Shown here piece by piece: positions 1 to 12,065 of a stretch of DNA of 64,000 nucleotides. A program made the translations under genes and the position numbers. This DNA comes from Eledone cirrhosa (Eukaryota): contig OZ024744.1 of NCBI GenBank assembly GCA_964016885.1, positions 50,902,001-50,966,000 on the forward strand, in the 5' to 3' direction. Under the pieces are notes generated by a model. That model was not told where the DNA came from, did no database searches, and saw only the letters and a list, made by a program, of their open reading frames with translations. How positions within the stretch are numbered: position 1 is the stretch's first letter; each line of letters begins with the position of its first letter.

Positions 1-2037
1 GACACTGCATCCTTTAAAACCTCCATGGAACAAACTACCTGCATCAGTTAGCTGTCGAGACACTGCATCCTTTAAAACCTCCATGGAACAAACTACCTGC
101 ATCAGTTGTTAGCTGTCGAGACACTGCATCCTTTAAAACCTCCATGGAACAAACTACCTGCATCAGTTGTTAGCTGTCGAGACACTGCATCCTTTAAAAC
201 CTCCATGGAACAAAATACCAGCATCAGTTGTTAGCTGTCGAGACACTGCATCCTTTAAAACCTCCATGGAACAAACTGCCTGCATCAGTTGTTAGCTGTC
301 GAGACACTGCATCCTTTAAAACCTCCATGGAACAAACTACCTGCATCAGTTGTTAGCTGTCGAGACACTGCATCCTTTAAAACCTCCATGGAACAAACTA
401 CCTGCATCAGTTGTTAGCTGTCGAGACACTGCATCCTTTAAAACCTCCATGGAACAAAATACCAGCATCAGTTGTTAGCTGTCGAGACACTGCATCCTTT
501 AAAACCTCCAGGGAACAAACTACCAGCATCAGTTGTTAGCTGTCGAGACACTGCATCCTTTAAAACCTCCATGGAACAAAATACCAGCATCAGTTGTTAG
601 CTGTCGAGACACTGCATCCTTTAAAACCTCCAGGGAACAAACTACCAGCATCAGTTGTTAGCTGTCGAGACACTGCATCCTTTAAAACCTCCATGGAACA
701 AAATACCAGCATCAGTTGTTAGCTGTCGAGACACTGCATCCTTTAAAACCTCCAGGGAACAAACTACCAGCATCAGTTGTTAGCTGTCGAGACACTGCAT
801 CCTTTAAAACCTCCATGGAACAAAATACCAGCATCAGTTGTTAGCTGTCGAGACACTGCATCCTTTAAAACCTCCATGGAACAAACTACCTGCATCAGTT
901 GTTAGCTGTCGAGACACTGCATCCTTTAAAACCTCCATGGAACAAAATACCAGCATCAGTTGTTAGCTGTCGAGACACTGCATCCTTTAAAACCTCCATG
1001 GAACAAACTACCTGCATCAGTTGTTAGCTGTCGAGACACTGCATCCTTTAAAACCTCCATGGAACAAAATACCAGCATCAGTTGTTAGCTGTCGAGACAC
1101 TGCATCCTTTAAAACCTCCATGGAACAAAATACCAGCATCAGTTGTTAGCTGTCGAGACACTGCATCCTTTAAAACCTCCATGGAACAAACTACCTGCAT
1201 CAGTTGCTAGCTGTCGAGACACTGCATCCTTTAAAACCTCCATGGAACAAAATACCAGCATCAGTTGTTAGCTGTCGAGACACTGCATCCTTTAAAACCT
1301 CCATGGAACAAAATACCAGCATCAGTTGTTAGCTGTCGAGACACTGCATCCTTTAAAACCTCCATGGAACAAACTACCTGCATCAGTTGTTAGCTGTCGA
1401 GACACTGCATCCTTTAAAACCTCCATGGAACAAAATACCAGCATCAGTTGTTAGCTGTCGAGACACTGCATCCTTTAAAACCTCCAGGGAACAAACTACC
1501 AGCATCAGTTGTTAGCTGTCGAGACACTGCATCCTTTAAAACCTCCATGGAACAAAATACCAGCATCAGTTGTTAGCTGTCGAGACACTGCATCCTTTAA
1601 AACCTCCATGGAACAAAATACCAGCATCAGTTGTTAGCTGTCGAGACACTGCATCCTTTAAAACCTCCATGGAACAAAATACCAGCATCAGTTGTTAGCT
1701 GTCGAGACACTGCATCCTTTAAAACCTCCATGGAACAAACTACCTGCATCAGTTGTTAGCTGTCGAGACACTGCATCCTTTAAAACCTCCATGGAACAAA
1801 ATACCAGCATCAGTTGTTAGCTGTCGAGACACTGCATCCTTTAAAACCTCCAGGGAACAAACTACCAGCATCAGTTGTTAGCTGTCGAGACACTGCATCC
1901 TTTAAAACCTCCATGGAACAAAATACCAGCATCAGTTGTTAGCTGTCGAGACACTGCATCCTTTAAAACCTCCATGGAACAAAATACCAGCATCAGTTGT
2001 TAGCTGTCGAGACACTGCATCCTTTAAAACCTCCATG
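1..2037 (+). repeat. 61-bp tandem minisatellite, 33 units plus a partial, running off the window start
   Basis: Unit gacactgcatcctttaaaacctccatggaacaaactacctgcatcagttgttagctgtcga recurs every 61 bp (starts 59, 120, 181 ... 2011; first unit 58 bp). Three recurring variants. Confidence 0.98.
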
Positions 2038-2223
2038 CTTCCTGAAATTCGCCAACACTACACCTAATGTCCCCTCCATACACACGTACACATGTATTTC
2101 ATGACTCATACACTGTTCATTTTCCTGACATTTGTACATTATTCTATGTACTAAACATGCACCTTTGATGAGTTGTAGTGCACCTGAGCACTGTACACAA
2201 TAACTTCATCATTATTATTATTA
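1976..2223 (+). mobile_element. 3' end of a CR1/L2-group LINE (ORF2 C-terminus, 3' UTR, (ATT)n tail)
   Basis: Repeat unit plus unique continuation translate WNK(L/I)PASVVSCRDTASFKTSMLPEIRQHYT*, matching the WNxLPxxVV...SFK C-terminal motif of CR1-type ORF2. Followed by ~140 bp UTR and cattattattatt. Confidence 0.7.
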
Positions 2224-2452
2224 AATCCCGCCGAGGTTAACTTTGCCGTTCATCCTTACGGGGTCGATAAAATAAAGTACCAGTAATGTACTGAGTAATT
2301 GCTGGCCTTGTGCCTAAAGTAGAAACAATTATTATTATTATAAATGGCAACATTGACCTCGGCGGGATTTGAACTCAGAGAGCAGAGAACAGGGACAAAT
2401 ACCGCACATCATTCTATCCGTCGTTCTAACGCCTGCTAATTTGCCGCCTTAT
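2224..2452. mobile_element. tRNA-derived SINE pieces (Meta-domain-like): 3' half on +, head on -
   Basis: gccgaggttaactttgccgttcatccttacggggtcgataaaataaagtaccag ... agaaacaattattatt on +; B-box gagttcaaatcc on - at ~2365-2376. Same family at 26123, 27170, 48270, 49523, 51640 and 63050. Confidence 0.75.
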
Positions 2453-2475
2453 GAATCACTTCAGTTACTTTAAAC

Positions 2476-2689
2476 TAGACATGTCAAATTGAGGGTCCCC
2501 CGAGGGCCACATGGCTCACATATGTGTTGTCTCAGGGCCACACGACAACTAATTGCACTTTACAACTATTTTTTTCATTTTATATTACAAAGATAAAACA
2601 TGCTCGTGTTGTAAAAATCTTTGTGCGGGCCGCAGGTGTGCTTGTAAAGGGCTGCATGCGGCCCGCGGGCCGCATGTTTGTCAAGCCTG
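2476..2689. mobile_element. hAT/Charlie-type MITE
   Basis: Degenerate TIRs (tagacatgtcaaa / tttgtcaagcctg), subterminal gcggcccgcgggccgca palindrome, 8-bp TSD ctttaaac/ctctaaac (7/8 match). Confidence 0.7.
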
Positions 2690-2995
2690 CTCTAAACTAC
2701 CTTCCTCTACATCGCCTCCACAATGTCTCGCGTCCTGCCAAGGTTAGAAACTATTTAAATGTTCACAATGGCTGTTTACCTGTTTAAGAATGGCTTCCCT
2801 TTAAAATCTGTTTCCTTCGGTTTTTATGCCATCGTTGTTACTGTTGATGGTGGTTGTGGTTGTGTTGATGGTCGTAGGCTGTAGTAGCAGTAGCAGTAGT
2901 AGCAACAACAGCAGTAACATCAGCAGCAGCAGGAGTAGTAGTAGATGGCTAAAATCTATAGATATATTCTGTAGTACTGTATATGTACAAACAAG

Positions 2996-5900
2996 ATGTT
3001 TACATCTATCTTGGTAGCCGCCTACGGCCCTTTCGGGTCAATGCGGCCGGACTTCTTCCATCGTCTGGAGACTTTTCTAGGGACGTCCCGCTCTTTGCTA
3101 TTAGTGGGGGACTGGAATGGTATCCTAGATGCACGCTGGGACTACGTAGGGGCCTGCCCCGATAGAGAGGGGTGTAATAGCCTCAAAGGGTTAATCGGTC
3201 GATTTGACCTGGCCGACAGATATCGACTAGATTTTCCGACTGCGCCAACCTGGACTTGGGCAAATAGTAGCGGATCATCTAGGTCGTACCTAGATAGGTT
3301 CTTAGTTAGAATTAAGGATAAGGACTTTTTAAGTTGTCCAAAAATGCGCATGGTTGGCTATTCAGACCACAAGTTAGTGACCTGCATGGTCAACCTTGAC
3401 AGAACTCATAGACAGGGACCGGGTTACTGGAAGCTCAACTTGTCCTTACCGGCAAGTAAGGCTTACAGGGACCGGATTAGCACATTAGTTAAGGAGCGGT
3501 TGACGGGCGCCATCGTCAACAGCAGGTGGTGGGGATCTCTCAAAAGAGAGATTAGAGTAGTCTCTATAGAATTTAGTAAGGAGTTAGCCTCAAATAGCAA
3601 TAGGAAGGAAAGGGAGTTGGTAGATAGTGTAGAAGAGGCAATTAGAAGCGGCGACGTGGCCAGAGTGCTAGCATCGAGAACGGCCCTGGGCCAGTTCTTC
3701 GACGCGAAACACGAAGGCTGCATCGTCCGAAGCAAAATACGTGCTCTGGGAAACGAGGGGACCAAAGTTGTTAGCTGGGCCCGCGTGACAGAAGCCAAAA
3801 GAGGGAGCAGATCCACTATCCGGTCTTTGCGAGACCAGGATGGACGGGTGATCCTTGAACCTAAGCAGATGTGCGAGGCTTTTCAAAAGCACTTTGCCGG
3901 ATTGTTCGGAAGGGGCGGAGAGCCGGTTGGGGATGTGGACTTCGGTCCATACTTCGACGGCCTGCCGCGTCTCTCTGGCAGGGAGGCGAAGTCCTGTGAG
4001 GAGCCGATTTCAGCCGCTGAGATAGAGGACGTGCTGAGCCAATGCGGCAAACGCAAATCCCCGGGTCTCGATGGTCTTCCATACGAACTATATCTAGCCA
4101 TGCCGGACTTGTTCCCCGATCTCCTCGAGGCGGTCTACTGCAACTGGCAACAGAACGGGAGAATTCCCTGTTCTGTGACCAAGGGCGTAGTCACGCTAGT
4201 GAGGAAGGACGAGAACAAGGGGGACGATATAAATAACTTCAGGCCCATAACTCTGCTAAACACAGAGTTACAGATTTTGGCCAAGGTGCTAGCAAAGAGG
4301 TTGGCGCTTGTCGTGGGCAACCTGGTGGGAGATGCGCAGACATGTGCTATCCCGTCCAGGTTCATCCACGACAACCTCCACCTCATGCGATACATCATAG
4401 AGAGGGTTGGGAACGAACCCGGCTTTGGTGGGGCCCTGATCAACTTGGATCAATCTAAGGCATTCGATGGGGTCGACCATGGTTACCTGGATGCGGTGCT
4501 AGCGGCGGCAGGCTTCGGACCCGTTTTCAGGGGCTGGATCAATGCCATGCACAGCAGCCGCATCTGCTCTAGGGTCAAGGTGAACGGCTACCTCTCGGAG
4601 CCGTTCGAAATCGCGCGGTCCATCCGACAGGAGTGCCCTCTCTCCTCCCTTCTGTATGTCATGACTCTAGAGCCACTGCTGCGGAAGTTGGAGTTGTTGC
4701 AGGGCATCCCGTTGGAACCGGGATTGCGGAAAGCGGTGTCAGCCTACGCCGATGACGTAACAGTAATGGTGTCGACGGCCTCGGAAATCGGGGCGATCGG
4801 CACCTTACTGGAGGAGTACGAAAGGTTTACAGGGGCTAAGCTGAACCGGGACAAGTCAATCGGTCTGCAACTCGGCACGTGGAGGGGCAGATCGATGCCC
4901 TCCGATGGCGTCGTCGGGCGCTGGACGGAGGGCCCGGTGAAGTTGCTCGGGGTCTGGTTCGGACCAGACCTCCAGGTGGAGAAGAACTGGGGTGAGGTAA
5001 CGAACAGGGTGTTTGCACTGACCCAGAAGTGGGCCGAGTGCAAACTGTCCCTGAAAGGTCGGGCGGAGGTGGCGAACACTTATATAGCGTCCGTCATCTA
5101 CTACCGCCTGACCGTTGTGCCTTGCCCAAGGGAAACGCTCGCCAAAATGGAGCGCGCACTCTTCCAATTCCTTTGGAAGAAGCGGGCTCCTATGGTGAGG
5201 AGATCCATCTGCTGTCAACACCCTTCGAAAGGAGGGCTGGGGATGCCGTGGCTAATGATACGTAAACACGCATTAAGGCTACGGCACCTTCAGGTATTCC
5301 TCTCCGGTCAACCGGTGTGGGCCCCGTTTGTGAGGCGAGCCTTTCCCAGACTCGTCTCACTCACCGAGATGCAATCCTGGGTCAAGCAAAGACCGAGAAA
5401 ACTGGGCGCCTGGCACACCGTGTGTGCCCAGGCGCTCACGGCTCTCTGGCAGGCGGACCCGGCTGTCAGTGGAGAATCCACCTCGTCATTCTATAGAGGG
5501 CTGGTGGTTAGCAGGTGCGACGACGCCCTCGGAGAAGCCCTAGGCATGGAGGAAGACGAACTGGCCAACCTGTTCGGTAGGACATTCAGCCCGGGACCCA
5601 TGGATAACTTCCAGAGGTCCCTGGCCTGGAAATGCTACAGAAGGGCTCTGCCCGTTCGAGAAAGGCTCTACAGACACGGGCGCCCGGGTAGGGACCCCTC
5701 GAAAAAGATCTGTCCCAGATGCGTGTGCGACGAGGAAACCGTTGCACACGCATTGGTACACTGCTCGGGCATTGCCGATCTGTGGGGCTATGTCGAACAA
5801 CTGCTGTCAAGGGTGGGACCGATCCGGTTGACCACCGAGTCTATTGTAACGATCAAGCCGCCTCCCCTCTTCAAAAACGAAGGAGAGGCGGTGTTTCTGT

Positions 5901-6127
5901 GCGTAATAGCCATGGCGAAAGAGGTTGTATGGTGGACGCGTCAGAAAGGACTGAGGTCAGACACCTTTCTCTCTGGCCAACAACTGGTCCGTTTCTTCCG
6001 ATATCATTTCGGAAGAAGGATCAGGATGGAGAGAGAGGTGCTGCACCCCAGCCGTTTCTATGAAAGATGGGTGAAAGTGGCGAGAATGGCCCGTGTGAAT
6101 GGGCCTTCACTCTACATCAGACTATAG
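2996..6127 (+). CDS. Tx1-type ORF2 (partial APE endonuclease, reverse transcriptase, C-terminal CCHC zinc motif); uninterrupted but 5'-truncated, so the listed start lies in flanking DNA
   Basis: GDWN, YLDR and SDH (APE); KSPGLDGLP, FRPITLLN, LDQSKAFD, RQECPLS, YADD (RT); CPRC...ETVAHALVHC. Confidence 0.9.
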   Translation: MFTSILVAAYGPFGSMRPDFFHRLETFLGTSRSLLLVGDWNGILDARWDYVGACPDREGCNSLKGLIGRFDLADRYRLDFPTAPTWTWANSSGSSRSYLDRFLVRIKDKDFLSCPKMRMVGYSDHKLVTCMVNLDRTHRQGPGYWKLNLSLPASKAYRDRISTLVKERLTGAIVNSRWWGSLKREIRVVSIEFSKELASNSNRKERELVDSVEEAIRSGDVARVLASRTALGQFFDAKHEGCIVRSKIRALGNEGTKVVSWARVTEAKRGSRSTIRSLRDQDGRVILEPKQMCEAFQKHFAGLFGRGGEPVGDVDFGPYFDGLPRLSGREAKSCEEPISAAEIEDVLSQCGKRKSPGLDGLPYELYLAMPDLFPDLLEAVYCNWQQNGRIPCSVTKGVVTLVRKDENKGDDINNFRPITLLNTELQILAKVLAKRLALVVGNLVGDAQTCAIPSRFIHDNLHLMRYIIERVGNEPGFGGALINLDQSKAFDGVDHGYLDAVLAAAGFGPVFRGWINAMHSSRICSRVKVNGYLSEPFEIARSIRQECPLSSLLYVMTLEPLLRKLELLQGIPLEPGLRKAVSAYADDVTVMVSTASEIGAIGTLLEEYERFTGAKLNRDKSIGLQLGTWRGRSMPSDGVVGRWTEGPVKLLGVWFGPDLQVEKNWGEVTNRVFALTQKWAECKLSLKGRAEVANTYIASVIYYRLTVVPCPRETLAKMERALFQFLWKKRAPMVRRSICCQHPSKGGLGMPWLMIRKHALRLRHLQVFLSGQPVWAPFVRRAFPRLVSLTEMQSWVKQRPRKLGAWHTVCAQALTALWQADPAVSGESTSSFYRGLVVSRCDDALGEALGMEEDELANLFGRTFSPGPMDNFQRSLAWKCYRRALPVRERLYRHGRPGRDPSKKICPRCVCDEETVAHALVHCSGIADLWGYVEQLLSRVGPIRLTTESIVTIKPPPLFKNEGEAVFLCVIAMAKEVVWWTRQKGLRSDTFLSGQQLVRFFRYHFGRRIRMEREVLHPSRFYERWVKVARMARVNGPSLYIRL

Positions 6128-6410
6128 GTGAGGAAGATGAAAGACCAAGGGAGCACCCCCTCTCTGTGCTCCCGAGGAAAAGGGTTGCACACTTTTTTTC
6201 GGGGGTGTGTGCGACCCCCCCCCCCCCCCCCCCCCCAAGGCGCCTCCTCTCTATTGAGGACTTTGTTATAAATTTTATTTTTTGTTATATTTTATTTTAT
6301 TTTTATATATTGTTATTGCCTCCTCCCTATTGAGGACGCCTTGTTTTGTAAACTCTCCCCATTGTACTTGTCCCACTTTTGATGCCCTGGTGGCAAATAA
6401 AAGAAACATA
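3011..6410 (+). mobile_element. Tx1/L1-clade LINE, family A, 5'-truncated
   Basis: Begins after ...catctatc and ends aataaaagaaacatatctatttatttatctat. Colinear with the full-length copy at 39041-44747. Confidence 0.93.
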
Positions 6411-6435
6411 TCTATTTATTTATCTATACATACAT

Positions 6436-7040
6436 GGTGGCTGCCAACTCGTTTTCGAGTACGGCCACTACTTTATATCCATGTAGGAGAACACCTACCG
6501 ATGCGCTGAACGAGTGTGACTTTTTAGTACAGTCAGCGACTTGAAAACTCTGGTACAAACACTACACTTGTGACAATTATTGACACAGTGATGGGCCCAT
6601 GGTACCATGTGCGACAAGTGCAGAGAGATCTCCAGATACAAAGCAATGCCTGTGCCGTGAAGCTTTTATAGTGAGCAAAGGCACTGCACAAAGCCAGTCC
6701 CACTCTCTTAACCAAGATTATATTTACCAAAAAGAAGAACAAGTCAACATCTTTGTATACCATCAGAGTTGCAGGTGTTATATCAGAGTTTTCCTTCTCC
6801 TAGAATTCTGCCTTGACAAAGGCTAAGGGGTCATCTCTCCCGGTGATTTTGGATGGCCATTGACTCTTAAGAGCTTCTTTGTCCTTTGACAGGTTTTGTT
6901 TTTAGTCCTGCAGGATGTCCAAAGTCACCCTCCTCACCAAGAAACCTTGGTGGGGTTGCCAGTTTAGTCGCCAACGACCCGACCATGAGACAGGTTGTAC
7001 TGGGATACAAGTTACCAGTAGCACTAAGTGGTGACCTGAC
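6436..7040 (-). mobile_element. ~600-bp non-autonomous RTE-derived element, copy 1, with (TATG)n tail
   Basis: Near-identical to 7241-7832. The minus-strand 3' part encodes a C2H2 finger like RTE ORF C-termini and ends ggcagccacc-atgtatg. Confidence 0.65.
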
Positions 7041-7068
7041 ATATATATATATACATATATACATACAT

Positions 7069-7101
<33 letters not shown>

Positions 7102-7240
7102 TATATACATACATATATATACACATACATACACATATATATACATATATATATATATACATATATACATACATATATATATATATATATACATACATAT
7201 ATATATATATACACATACATATACATATACATACATATAT

Positions 7241-7832
7241 GGTGGCTGCCAACTCGTTTTCGAGTACAGCCACTACTTTATATCCATGTAGGAGAACCCC
7301 TACCGATGCGCTGAACGAGTGTGACTTTTTAGTCCAGCCAGCGACTTGAAAACTCTGGTACAAACACTACACTTGTGACAATTATTGACACAGTGCTGGG
7401 CCCATGGTACCATGTGACGACAAGTGCAGAGAGATCTCCAGATATAAAGCAATGCCTGTGCCGTGAAGCTTTTATAGTGAGCAAAGACACTGCACAAAGC
7501 CAGTCCCACTCTCTTAATCAAGATGATATTTACCAAAAAGAAGAGCAAGTCAACATCATTGGATACCATCAGGGTTGCAGGTGTTATATCAAAGTTTTCC
7601 TTCTCCTAGAATTCTGCCTTGACAAAGGCTATGGGGTCATCTCTCCCGGTGATTTTGGATGGCCATTGACTCTTAAGAGCTCCTTTTCCCTTTGACAGGT
7701 TTTGTTTTTAGTCCTGCAGGATGTCCAAAGTCACCCTCCTCACCAAGAAACCTTGGTGGGGTTGCCAGTTTAGTCGCGAACGAGCCGACCAAGGGGCAGG
7801 TTGTACTGGGATACTTGTTACCAGTAGCACCA
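7241..7832 (-). mobile_element. ~600-bp non-autonomous RTE-derived element, copy 2
   Basis: Tandem copy separated from copy 1 by (CATA/TA)n. ORF 7300-7569 ends [25 protein letters not shown]. Confidence 0.65.
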
Positions 7833-7946
7833 ACATACATACATACATATATGCATACATACATACATATATGATGGCTGCCCCCCCCCCCCCATAATCT
7901 AGTATGGCCATTGCACGAAATAATAATAATAATAATGATAATAATG

Positions 7947-10900
7947 ATTTCTTTATTGGCCACAAGGGCTGACATCAAGAAAAACATTAGAGACGGCACA
8001 GGACGGTACGATGTGGATTTTGTGCGTGTAAATATTTTTATTATTTATATAAGAAAAGAAAAAAAGACATAGAAACATATATATATAAACAATAAAAATG
8101 AAAATTGAAACAATGAAAAATTCCCCAGTAGGGGGGTAACCTCCGAGGGTTACTCGTGACGAAAACCAAACAATAGACCACGGCCACCCTGACCACGAGG
8201 GCAAGCGCCCTTTCTCAATTTTTCCATTTCTCAAACTACAGACTTATATTCAGAGCGGTCCCGTTCACTCGGACCATTCTCGCTACATTCACCCACCTTT
8301 CAACAAACTTGCTAGAGGGCAGCACTTGCCTCTTCACCCTGATTTTCCTCTTCAAGTGAAACTTGAAAAAGTTAATTAGGGATTCGCCGAAGAGGAAAGT
8401 CTCTGTCTTTAACCCTTTCAACATTGTCCACCACACAATCTCTTTCGCCATGGCCACCAGGCAGATGAAAACCGCCTGCCCTTCCTCATCGAAGGAAAAC
8501 GGCGAGACCATCTGCACAATGGACTCAGTCGATAACAGGATCAGTCCTACACGCGACAGCAACTGTTCGACATAGCTCCACAAGTCAGCAATGCTCGGGC
8601 ACTGAACGAGTGCGTGCAAGACGGTTTCGTCGCTCTGTGCGCATCTCGGACAGGCTCGGCTGTAGCTCCCCGGTAGCACTTCCAGGCCAGGGATTTTTCG
8701 AAGTTATCCATAGCCTCTGGGCTGAAAGTTCTCCGGAAGAGAGCAAACAGCTGATCTTCTTCGACGCCCAGAATCTCTCAGAGAACGTCGTCGCTCTTCC
8801 CCTCCACTAGTCCTCTATAGAACGCCGAGGTGGATGTTCCACCGATACTGGTGCCCAGCTGGGAGAGGGCAGTGAGCGCCTGGAGACATTCCAGTTTCCA
8901 AGCGCTATCTCTCAGTCTTTTCCTGACCCAGGACTGCAGCTCCGTCAAGGAGACGAGCTGTGGAAAAAGTGCTTGGCGATCGGCGACCACACCTGTTCAC
9001 CGCCAAGGAAGCACCAGAGATGCCACAGCCATGGCATGCCCAGTCCTCCACGCAACGGGTGTTGACAGCAGATGGATCGTCTGACCATGGGAGCGCGTCC
9101 CTTCCACAAAAAGCGGAAGAGGAGGCACTCCATTTTGGTGAGAGTTGGGCCGGGGAAAGGGACGACGGTGAGGTGGTAGCAGATGACGGATGCGATGTAC
9201 GCATTCGCCACCTCCGCCCGGCCTTTCAGGGACAGCTTCCTCTCGGCCCAATTCTGGGTGAGGGAGGCCACCTTGCTCGTCACCTCTCTCCAGTTTTTCT
9301 CCATCTGGAGGTTCGGTCCGAACCAGACCCCGAGCAATTTAACCGGTCCGTCCGTCCAACGCCCCACGACGCTGTCGGACGGCATGGATTTGCCTCTCCA
9401 GGTGCCGAGCTGCAAGCCCACCGACTTTTTCTGGTTTATCTTTGCTCCTGTCACCGCTTCATATTCCTTGAGAGCGGTGCCGAGCATCTGGACGTGTCTG
9501 GTGCTCGACACCACCAAGGTGACGTTGTCGGAGTAAGCCGACTCGGATTTCCCGCATCCTAATTCGCGTGGGACGCCCCTCATCGCCCCCAGTTTGTGCA
9601 GTAACGGCTCGATAGCCAATACGTACAAGAGGGACGAGAGGTGACAACCCTGGCGGACCGAACGCATGATGCTGAACGGCTGCGACAGGTGACCGTTCAC
9701 CCTCACAACTGAGCAGATGTCGCTGCACATCGCAGCGATCCAACCCTTGAAAACAAGCTCGAAACCGGCTGCCTCGAGGACTGTGCCAGGTACCGATGGT
9801 CGACCCTATCGAATGCTTTGGATTGATCCAAGTTGATCAGGACCCCACCCGTGCCAGGTTCCTTAAACACCCTATCTATGAGGTATCGCATGAGGTGGGT
9901 GTTGTCGTGTATGGATCTGTCCAGAATGGCGCATGTCTGAACATCTCCCACCAGACCCTTGACGACAAGAGCCAACCTCGTTGCTAAAACCTTGGCCAAA
10001 ATCTTGAACTCTGCGTTTAACAGGGTTAAGGGCCTGAAGTTATCGATAACATCCCCCTTGTTCGGGTCTTTTCTTAGCAGCCCCACCGCTCCTCGGTTCA
10101 CACAACTGGGAATGCTCCCGTTCTGCTGCCAGTTGCAGTAGACGTCTGCCAAGAGGTCACCGAACAAGTCTGGCATAAGTGCATAAAGCACGTAGGGCAT
10201 ACCATCCAAACTTGGCGATTTACCCCTCGTGCAGTTAGCCATCGCTTCCCGTATTTCACCGGCTGTTATTGGCTTTTCGCAACACTGTGCTGCGGTCGTC
10301 GAGAGCCGAGGCAGTCCGTCGAGGTATGCTCTGAAGTCCACACCCGATCCGGCTCGCCGCTGCTCCCGGACAGTTCAGCAAAGTGCTGCTGAAAAGCTTC
10401 ACACATCTGCTCGGGTTCGATCAACACGCGCCCGTTTTGGTCAGACAAAGACCGAATTGTGGCTTTGTTGCCAGTCGTGCCTCTGTCACTCGGGCCCATT
10501 GTACGGCTTTTGTCCCCTCGTGTTTCAGAGCACGCGCTCTAGCTCTGACAACGTAGCCTTCGTGTTTTGCGTTGAAGAATTGGTCGAGTGCCAATCTCGC
10601 CGCAAGCACGTCGGTTGCGATGCGTGTCCTAAACGCCTCTTCTAGCTTTCTGACTAGCTCTCCCTCTACTCTATTTTCCTCTATCACTAGTCCTTTGCTA
10701 AATCTAATCGACCCTACTTTAATTGCCCTTTTCAGGGCGAACCACCACTTGTTGTTGACGACCGCTCCCGTCAACGCCCGCTTAACTAATACGCTAATCC
10801 GGTCTCTGTAGGCTTTGTGCGCCGGGAAAGACGCGTTCAGCGTCCAGTAACCGGATCCTTGTCTATGAAGTCTGTCTATGTCGATCTCACAGATCACAAA

Positions 10901-11215
10901 TTTGTGGTCTGTGTGGTCGACTATTTTAGATTGTGGACAACTTATCTAGTTCTCTGCAGAATACCCTATCGAGATACGATCTGGATGACCCGTTGCGGTT
11001 TGTCCATGTCCACATTGGCACATTCGGGTGATCCAGTCGATACCTGTCAGACAGTTCAAAACGTCTGAGCAGGTTGGTGAGGCTCTTGCACCCTCCTCCC
11101 CTATCCATTAGCCCCACACAATCCCAGCGTGCATCCAAGATACCGTTCCAGTCGCCCACTAACACTAAAGAGACGTCTGAAGAACGTCTGAAGAAATCTG
11201 GCCGTCCTGTCCCTG
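7947..11215 (-). mobile_element. Tx1-clade LINE family B, degenerate ORF2, (ATT)n tail
   Basis: Frameshifted ORFs 10926-11252, 10421-10897, 9703-10341, 8945-9730 and 8236-8679 are homologous to family A ORF2. 3' end gtggccaataaagaaatc(att)n. Confidence 0.92.
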
Positions 11216-11471
11216 TCGACACCACATTTAGAGAAGGGAGGGAGAGAGACAATCTTTTCTCTGACGTAATGACGATTGGGGAAGACGACGGAAGGAATGG
11301 GAGTGACTTGTGAACATTTTTTTACGATTTAAAATGGATATTGGGTACAAAACCCCAATAACTGGTTATTTAATCGCGAAGGGCCAAATAACGGGTGTCT
11401 TTATCCACAATTTGGTTTAAGTTTTAAACGATTTACAATTGTTATAACGGTTAAAAATTACAATACCTTAC

Positions 11472-11508
<37 letters not shown>

Positions 11509-11529
11509 TAATAAAAATAATAATAATGA

Positions 11530-12028
11530 TAATTGAGAAATGGTATGAGCATAGGCCAGAGGCGGTGATGGAGAACAATCAGGTGAAGGTGCTGTGGGAT
11601 TTTAGGATACAGACGGACAAAAAACTGGAACACAATAGACCTGACCTGGTGGTTGTGGACAAAGAAAAAAGATCGTGTCTGATTGTGGATGTGGTCTGCC
11701 ATTTCGACACGAGAGTGCAAGAGAAGGAGAGGGAGAAAATTAACCGATACCAGGACCTAAAGTGGGAGGTGAAAAGGATTGGGAACTGCCATGAAGTCAA
11801 AGTGATCCCGATTGTCATAGGCGCACTGGGGACTATCTCCAAAAGTTTCCAGGGATGGTTAAAGAAAATCGGCCCCTTCACGCTTTTTGGAACGCTTCAA
11901 AAGGCATGCTTGCTTGGAACAGCAAGAACCCTCCGATACGTCCTGAATATCTGAGGCTGCAGGTAGTGGCTTGATATTCATTCCAACGGACTTTCCAGTT
12001 AACCAACATCAATGACTGAGATTCAAGG
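11530..12028 (+). mobile_element. R4/Dong-type LINE 3' fragment (restriction-like endonuclease) in (TAA)n
   Basis: WYEH..LWDFRIQTDKKLEHNRPDLVV..IVDV..EKINRY..IPIVIGALG motif; (TAA)n on both sides. Confidence 0.88.
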
Positions 12029-12065
12029 AATAACAACAATAATAATAATAATAATAATAACAATA

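Noticed and set aside
1-2037. CRISPR-like regular repeat
   Set aside because: Units are contiguous with no unique spacers and no cas genes; the context is eukaryotic. The same applies to 34505-36194.
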